Positions 8,942 to 18,377 of a stretch of DNA of 64,000 nt are shown in pieces. Under the pieces are notes generated by a model. It had not been told where the DNA came from, did not search any database, and saw only the letters and a program-made list of their open reading frames with translations. The stretch's first letter is position 1; every line of letters starts with the position of its first letter. Origin of the DNA: Bdellovibrio sp. (lineage in GTDB: Bacteria > Bdellovibrionota > Bacteriovoracia > Bacteriovoracales > Bacteriovoracaceae); NCBI GenBank assembly GCA_022729855.1, contig DZBG01000003.1, positions 257 through 64,256 on the forward strand. The letters run 5' to 3'. Position numbers and translations under genes: made by a program.

Positions 8942-10081
8942 ATGCAAAAGCGTGGCCTAACATTACAAGGAATTAGTGGATTTAACTTCCTCTATATCCT
9001 TTGTTCATTTGCAATGATTGCAGTGAGTGTTTATTTAACAAGTCATTATTATGATACTCTTTTCCCGACAGCTATTGGCAATGCTAATAGTCTCTGTAAT
9101 CTTTCTGGATTTTTTAATTGTGATACAGCAACGTACTCTCCGTTTGCTTCATTCTTAAAAGTTCCCATTTCATATTTCGGTGCAATGGTAGGATTATTTT
9201 TTCTTGGGTCATCGATTTTCCCTTCTGAAGGATTTGAAAAGACAGCTTCACTTGTCAGTAAAGTAAACTTTTTAGGTTGTGTGGTACTTTTCATCTACTC
9301 AATCGTAGGTCTTGGAAGTCTTTGTCCCTTTTGTACAGCTTACTATATTCTTTCAGGTCTCAATTGTTTCCTCCTCTGGAAATACGGAATTCATTCGTGG
9401 AAGCCTGAAGTAAAAACAACAGCGATCTGGGCCGTCGTTATTCTTGCTGGTGCATTTTTAATGAACCGTCACACAAATGGCAAAGAAGTGACTCTGTCAC
9501 AAATGAATAGCAGTGTGGTTGAACAATTTAAGGCCCTCGCCAATCTTGGTGAGGCTGACGAGTCTCCTTATAAGCTAGTTGCGAGTACTGAGAAATTTGC
9601 TGATGCTCCTATTAGAATTAGTGTTTTCTCTGACTTTGAATGTCCGTTTTGTAAAATGGTAGCTGAACAAATGCCAGAGCTCATTCGCCGTTATAAGGGT
9701 AAAATCAATGTTCAGTACTTCTTCTACCCACTAGATAACAAATGTAATCCAAATATGAAGCACGGAATGCACCGTAATGCTTGTGATGCTGCTATGGTAG
9801 CTGCTTGTGATGAAGCTAAATTTGCTGAAGTTCATGATGAGCTTTTTGCAAATCAAGAAAAACTGGCAGATGCTGTATTGAGTGTCGCTAAAAAGCATAA
9901 TTTAAATAATTGTCTTGAAAATGCCGATGTTAAAAACAAAGTTGCTGTTTTAATCAATGCTGCTAGCAAATACAATATGCGTTCAACTCCTACAATTATT
10001 GTTAACGGACGCAAGATTGAGGGATCAATTCCGAATGCTCAATTCTCAGCAATTTTTGACTGGTTACTTACTCAAAAATAA
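8942..10081 (+). CDS. Vitamin K epoxide reductase (VKOR) domain fused to a DsbA-like thioredoxin domain
   Basis: Start moved to the ATG at 8942, because the track ORF start 8843 overlaps pgeF. N-terminal TM bundle carries a loop Cys pair ('CNLSGFFNC') and membrane CxxC ('CPFCTAYY'). C-terminal periplasmic domain has a 'CPFC' thioredoxin motif and DsbA-like length. Confidence 0.8.
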   Translation: MQKRGLTLQGISGFNFLYILCSFAMIAVSVYLTSHYYDTLFPTAIGNANSLCNLSGFFNCDTATYSPFASFLKVPISYFGAMVGLFFLGSSIFPSEGFEKTASLVSKVNFLGCVVLFIYSIVGLGSLCPFCTAYYILSGLNCFLLWKYGIHSWKPEVKTTAIWAVVILAGAFLMNRHTNGKEVTLSQMNSSVVEQFKALANLGEADESPYKLVASTEKFADAPIRISVFSDFECPFCKMVAEQMPELIRRYKGKINVQYFFYPLDNKCNPNMKHGMHRNACDAAMVAACDEAKFAEVHDELFANQEKLADAVLSVAKKHNLNNCLENADVKNKVAVLINAASKYNMRSTPTIIVNGRKIEGSIPNAQFSAIFDWLLTQK

Positions 10082-10083
10082 TT

Positions 10084-10860
10084 ATGTTTATAGAAACTCA
10101 CTGCCATCTTGATTATTTAAAAGCTGAGCCACTTGAGGAGATTCTCCTTAAGGTGGCTTCGGCCAATATTCAAAAAGTAATCACCATTGGTGTGAGTCCT
10201 GACAATCTTGATGGAGTGATGAAGCTCTCTTCGGATCACGAAAAAATTTATTTCACTCAAGGAATTCATCCTCACGACGCCAAAGAAGCAACTGAGCTGG
10301 AGTTCAATAAAATCTCAGAAAGAGCGAAACTATCAAAGATGGTAGCAGTTGGGGAAATCGGTCTCGATTATCACTATAATAATTCCCCTGCTGATATCCA
10401 AAAGAAAGTCTTCGAGAAGCAGCTTCAGCTCGCCTGCGATAATGACCTGCCCGTCGTTATTCACACCAGAGATGCAGATGATGATACGAGAGATATCTTA
10501 AAGAATTTTTCTCCTTATCTCAAAAGACGTGGAGTGGTTCACAGTTTTACTTCAAGTAAAGAGCTCGCCGAGTTTGTCTTAGGCGAAGGTTTTTATCTGG
10601 GATTCAACGGCATTATCACTTTTAAGAAAGCTGAAAATGTTCAAGAGATCGTTAAGATTGCTCCCATAGAGCAGATTCTCTTTGAGACTGACTCTCCTTT
10701 TCTTACTCCTGTTCCTCACCGTGGAAAAGAAAATGCTCCTTACTATCTTCCTTTTGTCGCCCAGAAAGTGGCAGATTTAAAAAATGACGAGCTTGAAAGA
10801 ATCATACCCATTGTTTATCAAAACTCATTAAACTGCTTTTTCAAACTGACCAATGCTTAG
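10084..10860 (+). CDS. TatD-family metal-dependent hydrolase/DNase
   Basis: 258-aa ORF. 'ETHCHLDY', 'EIGLDYHY', 'VIHTRDA', 'VVHSF' and 'ETDSPF' motifs. Confidence 0.9.
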   Translation: MFIETHCHLDYLKAEPLEEILLKVASANIQKVITIGVSPDNLDGVMKLSSDHEKIYFTQGIHPHDAKEATELEFNKISERAKLSKMVAVGEIGLDYHYNNSPADIQKKVFEKQLQLACDNDLPVVIHTRDADDDTRDILKNFSPYLKRRGVVHSFTSSKELAEFVLGEGFYLGFNGIITFKKAENVQEIVKIAPIEQILFETDSPFLTPVPHRGKENAPYYLPFVAQKVADLKNDELERIIPIVYQNSLNCFFKLTNA

Positions 10861-11260
10861 ACTCATTGTCTTACTAATCCTAATCAGCTCACCTTTGGCC
10901 TATAGTTTTGATTGCAGTGAGTATCTAAAGATCAAAGAATCAAAAAAATGCACTGAGGCTGAGTTTTTTCTTTTTTCCCAAAAAAGATGTCTTCATTATC
11001 AAAATCAAAAAACTGAAAATAAAAAGACCCAGTCTTTTATAAATGAGGTTCGTGAATGCCTTATTCAAGAAACTCAAATGAGTCCTTGTGATCAAATATG
11101 GAATAAGAATATTACCGATCACACACAATGCTTTAAGCGCTACGGCTACTGCGAAATGAATTTTTCTCAGAGATGGGAGATATTTGTTTTAACTGGATTT
11201 CCGAGTGAGCAAAGCACTCATTATTTTAAGATATTTTGGGACACTCTATTTTTGTGTTAA
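10853..11260 (+). CDS. Small Cys-rich secreted hypothetical protein
   Basis: 135-aa ORF with signal peptide 'MLRLIVLLILISSPLAYS' and multiple Cys. 8-nt overlap with tatD. Confidence 0.5.
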   Translation: MLRLIVLLILISSPLAYSFDCSEYLKIKESKKCTEAEFFLFSQKRCLHYQNQKTENKKTQSFINEVRECLIQETQMSPCDQIWNKNITDHTQCFKRYGYCEMNFSQRWEIFVLTGFPSEQSTHYFKIFWDTLFLC

Positions 11261-11277
11261 TAGAGTGCCCATTGAAA

Positions 11278-12891
11278 TTATCTAAGAAGTTTAGAATAGT
11301 CTTTATTAGTAAATTCCCTAAATTTAGGAAATGACTTTTGTACTCTTATACATTTGTCATGAAAGCGTTCCGCAATTTTGCTCCCATTCTTATATAAAAG
11401 AAGATCATTATTAATATTTTTCTCTAGACTTGAGAGTCTTTGATAAGAGTATTCACTTGCCCAATCCTTACAATAATCTTCTTTATTTTTGTATTCCAAA
11501 TAAGTACTCATTTTAGGAAAGGCATCGAGTTCATATTCATCCATCATTTTCTGAGAATAATCGGCAATTTCTTTTTTCTTCGCAGCAGGAAAATTAATAC
11601 CAAATGCTTCGACCGCAGACTTCCCATTGAGCTTGTTAAAAAGATTGGCCTCAATCGTTTCTGGCGACATTGAGGGGTTGTCTTTTATTAACTGCTTTTT
11701 GGCCAATTCAAGAGCAATGGCACCCTGAATACACTCTTCATAGGGCTTGTATCCACGGTCAATAAATGCTTCAAGACTATCTCGTGCACAATAGCTCATA
11801 AGCTTCTTTTTCATCTCGGGATCAATTGATGATACATTAAAACTTGCAAGGCCTGGCTTGATCTTATTGATACCTTTAAAGACGGAGAGATTAGAGTCTT
11901 GGCACATTTGAGCATTTGTATACTCTACTCCGCCAAAAACTTTATCTTTTAGAATTTTGTATTTCTCAGGTGATAATCGTTTTAATTTTTCAGGATCATA
12001 GCGGTAGGCCACAGTTGTCTCTGCAAAATCCTCATGAGGGTTACTGGCCGCATAGTCTGAAACAAAATTATCTTTTGTGGCAACCCACTCCTCACCTTTT
12101 TGAGTCCATCCACTGGCCGCCAGCCAATCTTTTGATTCATCTATTTTTTTATCCGAACCAAAATTATGGGCCATTTCATGGAGGACAGTGGCCTCCATAA
12201 GCCCTGGCCCGTAATTATTCCAATCATTAGCAAAAGTAATTGTCGCGTTTGCAAGAACACCTAGTCCAAGAGTGTAATCTTTGTGAAGGCGCGTACAAGA
12301 TCTATTCTCATCTAATGGTAATAAATGAGGAGGGAAATCCATGATCGCTTTTTTAATATGACCTAGCTCACTTTCATTAAAACTTTGTCTGCTATCTTTT
12401 GTAAAAGGAGAAATATTAATTCCAAATTTTTGTTTCATATAGAGCATTTCTTTTGCTCTTTTATCTCCAAAAATTTTCCCCAGTGCGCACTGAACTTTTT
12501 TACAATCTGGTCCAATACTATATTTAGCAGCGAGATTTTGTGATTCCTCAGGTGGTTCGTTAAAATCATCATACCCAACCATATCGCGATAAAGTGCAAT
12601 CATGATGGGAGAATCTTCAAGTTGAACGCCCCCTACTGTTGTTTGTTTAGTTGGTGAACCTTCCGCCACTCTTTTTAAATAAGCTTCTTGAGTCGCAAGA
12701 TCCGGATAGGTTTTTCGACAAGGCGCTTTTAAAACTTTCTCTTCGCTCGCTGCAAACCAATCACGTTTTTTTTCTTTTACACCTGTAAGCAAGTTTTCAA
12801 TATCATCTGAAACTTCAACTTGAGGATCACATTCCATAGTAAAAGCACTTACTGAATAAATAAGAAAAGGAACCAGAAATAATTTTTTCAC
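11278..12891 (-). CDS. Secreted zinc metalloprotease (HExxH, gluzincin-like)
   Basis: 537-aa ORF. Signal peptide 'MKKLFLVPFLIYSVSAF', zinc motif 'HEMAHNF', and downstream 'HEDFAETT' as a possible third-ligand Glu (arrangement like ATLF/MtfA-type gluzincins). Confidence 0.7.
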   Translation of the reverse strand: MKKLFLVPFLIYSVSAFTMECDPQVEVSDDIENLLTGVKEKKRDWFAASEEKVLKAPCRKTYPDLATQEAYLKRVAEGSPTKQTTVGGVQLEDSPIMIALYRDMVGYDDFNEPPEESQNLAAKYSIGPDCKKVQCALGKIFGDKRAKEMLYMKQKFGINISPFTKDSRQSFNESELGHIKKAIMDFPPHLLPLDENRSCTRLHKDYTLGLGVLANATITFANDWNNYGPGLMEATVLHEMAHNFGSDKKIDESKDWLAASGWTQKGEEWVATKDNFVSDYAASNPHEDFAETTVAYRYDPEKLKRLSPEKYKILKDKVFGGVEYTNAQMCQDSNLSVFKGINKIKPGLASFNVSSIDPEMKKKLMSYCARDSLEAFIDRGYKPYEECIQGAIALELAKKQLIKDNPSMSPETIEANLFNKLNGKSAVEAFGINFPAAKKKEIADYSQKMMDEYELDAFPKMSTYLEYKNKEDYCKDWASEYSYQRLSSLEKNINNDLLLYKNGSKIAERFHDKCIRVQKSFPKFREFTNKDYSKLLR

Positions 12892-13349
12892 TTTAAAACC
12901 TCTACTGTACTAAGGCTTAATCCTGAAGCATTTCTAAAGACTAGTCTGAGATGAGAATCTTTATCGATATATTCACTAAACAATCCATCATCAACACCGT
13001 TCTTTTTGACAGGGCGAATTTTGCTTTTATCTATCACTCTATTTTCATCAAAATCTTTTAAACTAAGTTTTACAGATTTTGGGTGATAAAATATTTTAGT
13101 TATTTTCCCATTATTAATTTCTGCAGAGAGCGCATACTTAAAACCTTCTACTTCATAATAGATGGCAGATTTTTCAGACATCGTAGGACTGCCCATGATT
13201 TTTTCAATTTCAGTTTTAGTTTTTGCCTGAAGGGCCTGTGAAATTTTGGGACTAAATTGTTCTAATAAATAGGGACGCAGCTCTTTTTTGGACTCAGCAA
13301 CTGCCAGATTTGAAAAAAATAAAATGAGTAAAATAAGTGGTTTAAGCAC
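12888..13349 (-). CDS. Secreted hypothetical protein, co-transcribed with the metalloprotease
   Basis: 153-aa ORF. Signal peptide 'MLKPLILLILFFSNLAVA'. 4-nt overlap with the downstream metalloprotease gene. Confidence 0.6.
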   Translation of the reverse strand: MLKPLILLILFFSNLAVAESKKELRPYLLEQFSPKISQALQAKTKTEIEKIMGSPTMSEKSAIYYEVEGFKYALSAEINNGKITKIFYHPKSVKLSLKDFDENRVIDKSKIRPVKKNGVDDGLFSEYIDKDSHLRLVFRNASGLSLSTVEVLK

Positions 13350-13413
13350 AAGTCCCCCTTAGAGCTATAGAGTCTCATCGGTGGATTTATATTTATGTTG
13401 AAAAAAGACTCTT

Positions 13414-14499
13414 TTACTCTTCTACTTTAAAGCCAGAAAGCATTTTGCCTAAGCTTGTTTTAGGGTCAGCTCCCTGTGGTTTAGGAGCTGGTTTACGTTC
13501 TTCTTTCTTAACTGGAGCTATCTGCTCAGACTCTTCGATATAAGAATCATAAAATGGCAGATCGGCCTTATAAACAACACGATCCAAGTGTTTAACAAAT
13601 CCAGACCAATGCCCAGTGGCCGAGTCTAATCTTTTTACCATCTCAAGCGAGTTCATTTTTGAATCCATAAGATCAATGAGGTGAACTAAATAAGCTTCAG
13701 AAGTTTGTGGAATTTTAGGTGATCCATATTCGTACTCACCGTGGTGAGAGAGAAGGATATGCTTAAGATGCATTTTGGTTTGATAAGGAAAATCTTTAAT
13801 CTTGTAGCTGAAGCGATCAACAATCTCAAGACCCTTCACTAAGTGTCCTACAAGTTTTCCTTCTTCAGTATAATCAACATTGATCCCATCAGTGAGTTCA
13901 TAGATTTTACAAAGATCATGAAGGATACAACCGGCCACGACGTAGTTTTCATTTACTTTATAATGAAATGAAAGATTAATTCCAAGAGTGGTACAAGATA
14001 AAATATGTTCTAGTAATCCCGATTTATAAGCATGGTGAATTGATTTGCCTGCTTGCCATGTTTTGAGTCTGCGTGAAATTTCAGCATCACCAAGAATATT
14101 TTTAAGAAGATCACGAATATAAACATCTGTGAGTTCATTAACAATTCCTAAAAGTTTTCCATACATGTCTTCAGGATTTTCTTGGGCCTTCATAATGAAG
14201 TCATCCATATCCACTTTATCGTTAGTGAGTTTTTCAAGATGAGAAATAACAAATTGTTTACGGCCTTGGAAAAGATTTACTTTCCCTTTCACTTTCACAA
14301 AATCATTTTTTGAAATAGATTTTTCAGTCTCTTCAGAATAAGTCCAAAGTCTTGCCTCAAGATCACCTGTAGAGTCAGTGAGAATAAAATTAAAGTACTT
14401 TTTCCCGGCCCGATCTTCCATCGGAGTGAAGATTTTCACGAGGAAAACAGACTCCACTTCTTCCTTGGGACGAAGATCAGCAACAAACAATTTACTCAT
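13414..14499 (-). CDS. OB-fold + HD-domain 3'-5' exoribonuclease, YhaM-like
   Basis: Start moved to the ATG at 14499 (GGAGAA 5 nt upstream); the track start 14604 adds an implausible leader. N-terminal OB-fold ('DLEARLW...VKVKGKVNLFQG'), HD region 'HHAYKSGLLEHILS...ILHDLCK', and a K/P-rich C-terminal tail. Confidence 0.8.
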   Translation of the reverse strand: MSKLFVADLRPKEEVESVFLVKIFTPMEDRAGKKYFNFILTDSTGDLEARLWTYSEETEKSISKNDFVKVKGKVNLFQGRKQFVISHLEKLTNDKVDMDDFIMKAQENPEDMYGKLLGIVNELTDVYIRDLLKNILGDAEISRRLKTWQAGKSIHHAYKSGLLEHILSCTTLGINLSFHYKVNENYVVAGCILHDLCKIYELTDGINVDYTEEGKLVGHLVKGLEIVDRFSYKIKDFPYQTKMHLKHILLSHHGEYEYGSPKIPQTSEAYLVHLIDLMDSKMNSLEMVKRLDSATGHWSGFVKHLDRVVYKADLPFYDSYIEESEQIAPVKKEERKPAPKPQGADPKTSLGKMLSGFKVEE

Positions 14500-14664
14500 A
14501 GATTCTCCGAGTAGCGTTAAGTACCTAAAATATGGATTTGAGAGTACATTGCTTTCCTTGAATTCGCTACACAAAACACCCTTTGTGTGGCATTCTCTGC
14601 GCACTTAAAAACTTCATTAATAACCATCCTATAACGCATCTGTCTAAGCGACATGAGGAGTCTT

Positions 14665-15690
14665 ATGAAAAATGTAAAAATTGGTATCAACGGTGTTGGA
14701 CGTATTGGACGCACAGTTCTTCGTGCATATTTTGATCGTGTTGCTAAAGGTGATACATCGATTCAAGTTGTGGCCATCAATAATCCAGGTGACCCTACTC
14801 CTTATATTCATCTTCTAAAGCATGATTCACTTCATGGAGCTCTTAAAGGTGATTTTTCATACAATGCTGAATCAAGAGAAATTTCTTATATGGGTCAAAA
14901 AATTAAATTTTATGATTTAAAAAACCCAGAAGAGATCAATTGGTCTGCTCATGAAACTCAAGTTGTGATTGATGCAACAGGTGTTTTTAAAGATAAAGAA
15001 AAACTTGGTCTTCATATGAGAGGAACAGTTAAGAAAGTTATTATGTGTGCTCCAGGATCAAATCTTGATGGAACATTCGTCATGGGAATCAATAACGATA
15101 AATACGATTCTTCAAAACATCACATTATTTCAAATGCTTCATGTACAACTAACTGTCTTGCTCCTGTTGTAAAAGTTCTTCATGAGACTTTCGGAATTGA
15201 AAATGGTTTCATGACAACTGTTCATGCTTATACTTCGGATCAAAATCTTCTTGATAACTCACACACTGATCTTCGTCGTGCTCGTGCTGCCGCTTTAAGT
15301 ATGATTCCTACATCTACTGGTGCTGCTAAAGCTCTTGGTGATGTTATTCCTGAAATGAAAGGTAAACTTGATGGATATGCTGTTCGCGTTCCAACACCTG
15401 ATGTTTCAATGGTAGACTTAACTGTTAACCTTACAAAAACAGCTGATAAAAAATCAATTAATGAAGCCATGAAAAAAGCCTCAGAAACATATCTTAAAGG
15501 AATTCTTGGTTACACTGAAGAAGAACTTGTATCGATGGATTTCATGGGTGCGACTGAATCTTCATACTTTGATTCAAAACTAACTAACGTTATTGGCAAT
15601 ACTGCTAAAATCGTTACTTGGTACGATAATGAAGTTGGATTTTCTAATCGCGTGATTGATCTTGCTCAATTTATTGGTAACAAACTTTAA
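14665..15690 (+). CDS. gap: Glyceraldehyde-3-phosphate dehydrogenase
   Basis: 'GINGVGRIGR' Rossmann motif and active site 'SNASCTTNCLAP'. Start chosen at the ATG at 14665, preceded by AGGAG. Confidence 0.95.
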   Translation: MKNVKIGINGVGRIGRTVLRAYFDRVAKGDTSIQVVAINNPGDPTPYIHLLKHDSLHGALKGDFSYNAESREISYMGQKIKFYDLKNPEEINWSAHETQVVIDATGVFKDKEKLGLHMRGTVKKVIMCAPGSNLDGTFVMGINNDKYDSSKHHIISNASCTTNCLAPVVKVLHETFGIENGFMTTVHAYTSDQNLLDNSHTDLRRARAAALSMIPTSTGAAKALGDVIPEMKGKLDGYAVRVPTPDVSMVDLTVNLTKTADKKSINEAMKKASETYLKGILGYTEEELVSMDFMGATESSYFDSKLTNVIGNTAKIVTWYDNEVGFSNRVIDLAQFIGNKL

Positions 15691-15699
15691 GGATAAATC

Positions 15700-16887
15700 A
15701 TGCTACTTAAAACTATTGATCAAGCGGACCTTAAAGGAAAACGAGTTATTGCTCGTTTTGACTTCAATGTTCCTTTGACAAAAACTGAACCAAGAACAAT
15801 TACTGATACTTCTCGTATTGATCTTGCTCTCCCTACGATTCGAATGATTCTAGAAAAAGGAGCGAGTAAACTCGTTCTTATGAGTCATCTTGGGCGTCCG
15901 GATGGACAAGTCAATGCGAAATACTCACTCGCTCCAGTTGCTGAATATCTTGCTGAGAAACTTGGCATTGATGTCATCCTCACTGAGTCAGCTGTTGATA
16001 ACGGAGTGAAAGAACTTCTGACTCTTCCTGAGACAAAAGTCGTTCTTCTTGAGAACCTTCGTTACAACCCAGGTGAAGAAAAAAATGATCTAGAGTTTGC
16101 TGAAAAGCTTTCTCAGTATGGCGATATTTATGTGAACGATGCCTTTGGTGCGGCTCACAGAAAACACGCTTCTGTTTACGGAATCAATACTTTCTTTAAA
16201 AACAGAGCTTATGCAGGACTTCTTCTTAAAAAAGAAATTGAGTCATTAAGCACATTGATTGAAAAACCAACAAAACCATTTGTGGCCATCATTGGTGGAG
16301 CAAAAGTTTCTGATAAAATTAAAACGATTGAAAAACTCATGGTACTTGTAGACACACTTTTAATTGGTGGGGCCATGGCCTATCCATTCTTAAAAGCTAA
16401 AGGTGCTACTGTAGGTAATTCACTTTGCTCTGATGAAGATGTAGCTCTTGCTAAAAATATTCTTTCTCAGGATCGTGCAGGTAAAATCATTCTCCCAAAA
16501 GACCATATCATTTCGGCAACTCTTGAAGGGAAAGGCGAAGTTTGCCACTCTCTTTCAATTCCTGCAGATTTTATGGGACTTGATATTGGACCAGAAACAG
16601 TGAAGTCTTTTGCCGATCATATCAAAGTTGCAAGAACAGTTTTCTGGAATGGACCAATGGGATTATTTGAATCTGAATCTTTTGCTAAGGGTACAATGAG
16701 TATTGCTCACGTTATTGCTGCTAATACTGGTTTCACTGTTGTTGGTGGTGGAGACTCAGTGAGCGCAGCTCATCAGAGTGGTGAGGCGGATAAATTCACT
16801 CACGTCTCAACTGGTGGCGGAGCAAGTTTAGAGTATATTGAAAAAGGTGAGCTCCCAGGAGTTCTCGCTCTTAAAACAGGACTATAA
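15700..16887 (+). CDS. pgk: Phosphoglycerate kinase
   Basis: 395-aa ORF. 'RFDFNVP', 'MSHLGRPDG' and 'STGGGASLEYIE' motifs. Confidence 0.95.
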   Translation: MLLKTIDQADLKGKRVIARFDFNVPLTKTEPRTITDTSRIDLALPTIRMILEKGASKLVLMSHLGRPDGQVNAKYSLAPVAEYLAEKLGIDVILTESAVDNGVKELLTLPETKVVLLENLRYNPGEEKNDLEFAEKLSQYGDIYVNDAFGAAHRKHASVYGINTFFKNRAYAGLLLKKEIESLSTLIEKPTKPFVAIIGGAKVSDKIKTIEKLMVLVDTLLIGGAMAYPFLKAKGATVGNSLCSDEDVALAKNILSQDRAGKIILPKDHIISATLEGKGEVCHSLSIPADFMGLDIGPETVKSFADHIKVARTVFWNGPMGLFESESFAKGTMSIAHVIAANTGFTVVGGGDSVSAAHQSGEADKFTHVSTGGGASLEYIEKGELPGVLALKTGL

Positions 16888-16889
16888 TC

Positions 16890-17630
16890 ATGACAAAACT
16901 TATTGTGGCCAATTGGAAGATGAATAAAAATGCAAAAGCTTGCTTTGAGTTTTTTGATACTTTCAATGCAAAATACAGTTCAAAAAGAGAAGCTTGGATT
17001 GCACCGCAATCTATCCATCTTAATCTTGTGATCAACCAAGGGATGAAGGCCAATGTAAAAGCTGGACTTCAGAATTGCTCTGATCATACAAGTGGTGCTT
17101 TTACTGGAGAAATTTCTCCTGTGAATGCTAAAGAGCTTGGAACTCATTTTGTTATTTTAGGCCACTCTGAGCGTCGTGAAATTTTTAAAGAAACTTCAAA
17201 AACAATTGCAGCCAAAGTGAAGACTGCTCATCAATCAGATCTGAAAGTGATTTTCTGTTTGGGTGAAACTCTCGCTGAACGCGAATCAGGGATGACTGAA
17301 ACTGTTCTTAAAGATCAGCTTAATCAGGGTCTTTCTGATCAGTCTCTGGCCACTGCTGATAATCTGGTTGTGGCCTATGAACCTATTTGGGCGATCGGAA
17401 CTGGTAAAACAGCGACTCCGGCCATGGCCCAAGAAGCTCACGCTTTTATCAGAAGTATTCTGAAAGATAAGTTTCCTGGATTTGGGGAAAAAGTCCGTCT
17501 CCTTTATGGTGGCAGTGTAAAACCCGATAACGTCGAGGAATTACTAGCTCAAAAAGATATTGATGGTGGACTTGTTGGTGGCGCCAGCCTCAAGGCCAAT
17601 GATTTTCTTGCGCTCTGTGGCGATAAGTAG
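16890..17630 (+). CDS. tpiA: Triosephosphate isomerase
   Basis: 'VANWKMN', 'ILGHSERR', 'AYEPIWAIGTG' and 'YGGSV' motifs. Confidence 0.95.
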   Translation: MTKLIVANWKMNKNAKACFEFFDTFNAKYSSKREAWIAPQSIHLNLVINQGMKANVKAGLQNCSDHTSGAFTGEISPVNAKELGTHFVILGHSERREIFKETSKTIAAKVKTAHQSDLKVIFCLGETLAERESGMTETVLKDQLNQGLSDQSLATADNLVVAYEPIWAIGTGKTATPAMAQEAHAFIRSILKDKFPGFGEKVRLLYGGSVKPDNVEELLAQKDIDGGLVGGASLKANDFLALCGDK

Positions 17631-17701
17631 TCGTCTTTTGTTTTGCGCCATTGTTTAAGCAATGTTAAAACTATGCATCTGATTTAAGGAGATATTTTCG
17701 T

Positions 17702-18109
17702 ATGATGACCGTATTAGTAGTAGTTCACGTAGTTATTTGTATTCTTCTCGTTGTGACAGTTCTTCTCCAGTTTGGAAAAGGTGCTGAGATGGGAGCTATT
17801 ATGGGCGGTGGTGCTTCTCAGGCCATTTTCTCATCATCTGCGAAAGGAAACTTTCTTACAAAGTTAACAACAGTTTTAGCGATTGCTTTCATGTTGAACT
17901 CAATTGTTTTAACAACAATGAAATCACGTGATTCTAAAAAATCTCTTTTTGATGGTGAAGCTCCTGTGGCAGCTCCACTTAATTCAGATGAAACTCAGGC
18001 AATGAATATGAATAATTCTGCTGATGTTAAAACAGGAACTGGCGTTACTGAAAAACCTAAAGCTATTGATGAAACAACAACTGGTACAGGAACTTCAGAA
18101 ACTAAATAA
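17702..18109 (+). CDS. secG: Preprotein translocase subunit SecG (with T/G/E-rich C-terminal extension)
   Basis: 'LLVVTVLLQFGKGAEMGAIMGGGASQAIFSS' is typical of SecG. Conserved gap-pgk-tpiA-secG order. Confidence 0.85.
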   Translation: MMTVLVVVHVVICILLVVTVLLQFGKGAEMGAIMGGGASQAIFSSSAKGNFLTKLTTVLAIAFMLNSIVLTTMKSRDSKKSLFDGEAPVAAPLNSDETQAMNMNNSADVKTGTGVTEKPKAIDETTTGTGTSETK

Positions 18110-18130
18110 TTTGAAATTTATTTTCACATA

Positions 18131-18160
18131 GAAAAGGGCCCATTTAATGGGCCCTTTTTT
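18131..18160. terminator. Bidirectional intrinsic terminator between secG and the convergent DUF2945 gene
   Basis: GGGCCCAT-TTA-ATGGGCCC hairpin flanked by an A-run upstream and a T-run downstream. Confidence 0.8.
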
Positions 18161-18377
18161 ATTTCTGAAGACTTAATTCTGTATGTAATTTAAGAGCTAG
18201 GTTCCCCGCTTCCGAACAAACTAAATAGGCCGGTTTTTCAACTGAGCCATTACGCTTTATCAGTTTGCCTTTAATTAATTTTTCCGTTGGGCACATATAA
18301 ATTTCTTGGATGGTTCCGTAGATAACACCTCCGGCCCAATTCCATTTAATTTTATCACCTACTGTAAATGAACTCAC
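18159..18377 (-). CDS. DUF2945 / Hva1-type Tudor-like small protein
   Basis: 72-aa ORF. 'VGDKIKWNWAGGVIYGTIQEI...IKGKLIKRNGSVEKPAYLV' matches the remembered pattern of the family. 4-nt overlap with the upstream HD-GYP gene. Confidence 0.65.
   Translation of the reverse strand: MSSFTVGDKIKWNWAGGVIYGTIQEIYMCPTEKLIKGKLIKRNGSVEKPAYLVCSEAGNLALKLHTELSLQK

Noticed and set aside
14500-14604. Upstream extension of the YhaM-like ORF (track start 14604).
   Set aside because: The ATG at 14499 has a GGAGAA SD and yields the usual OB-fold N-terminus. The extension runs into the gap promoter region.
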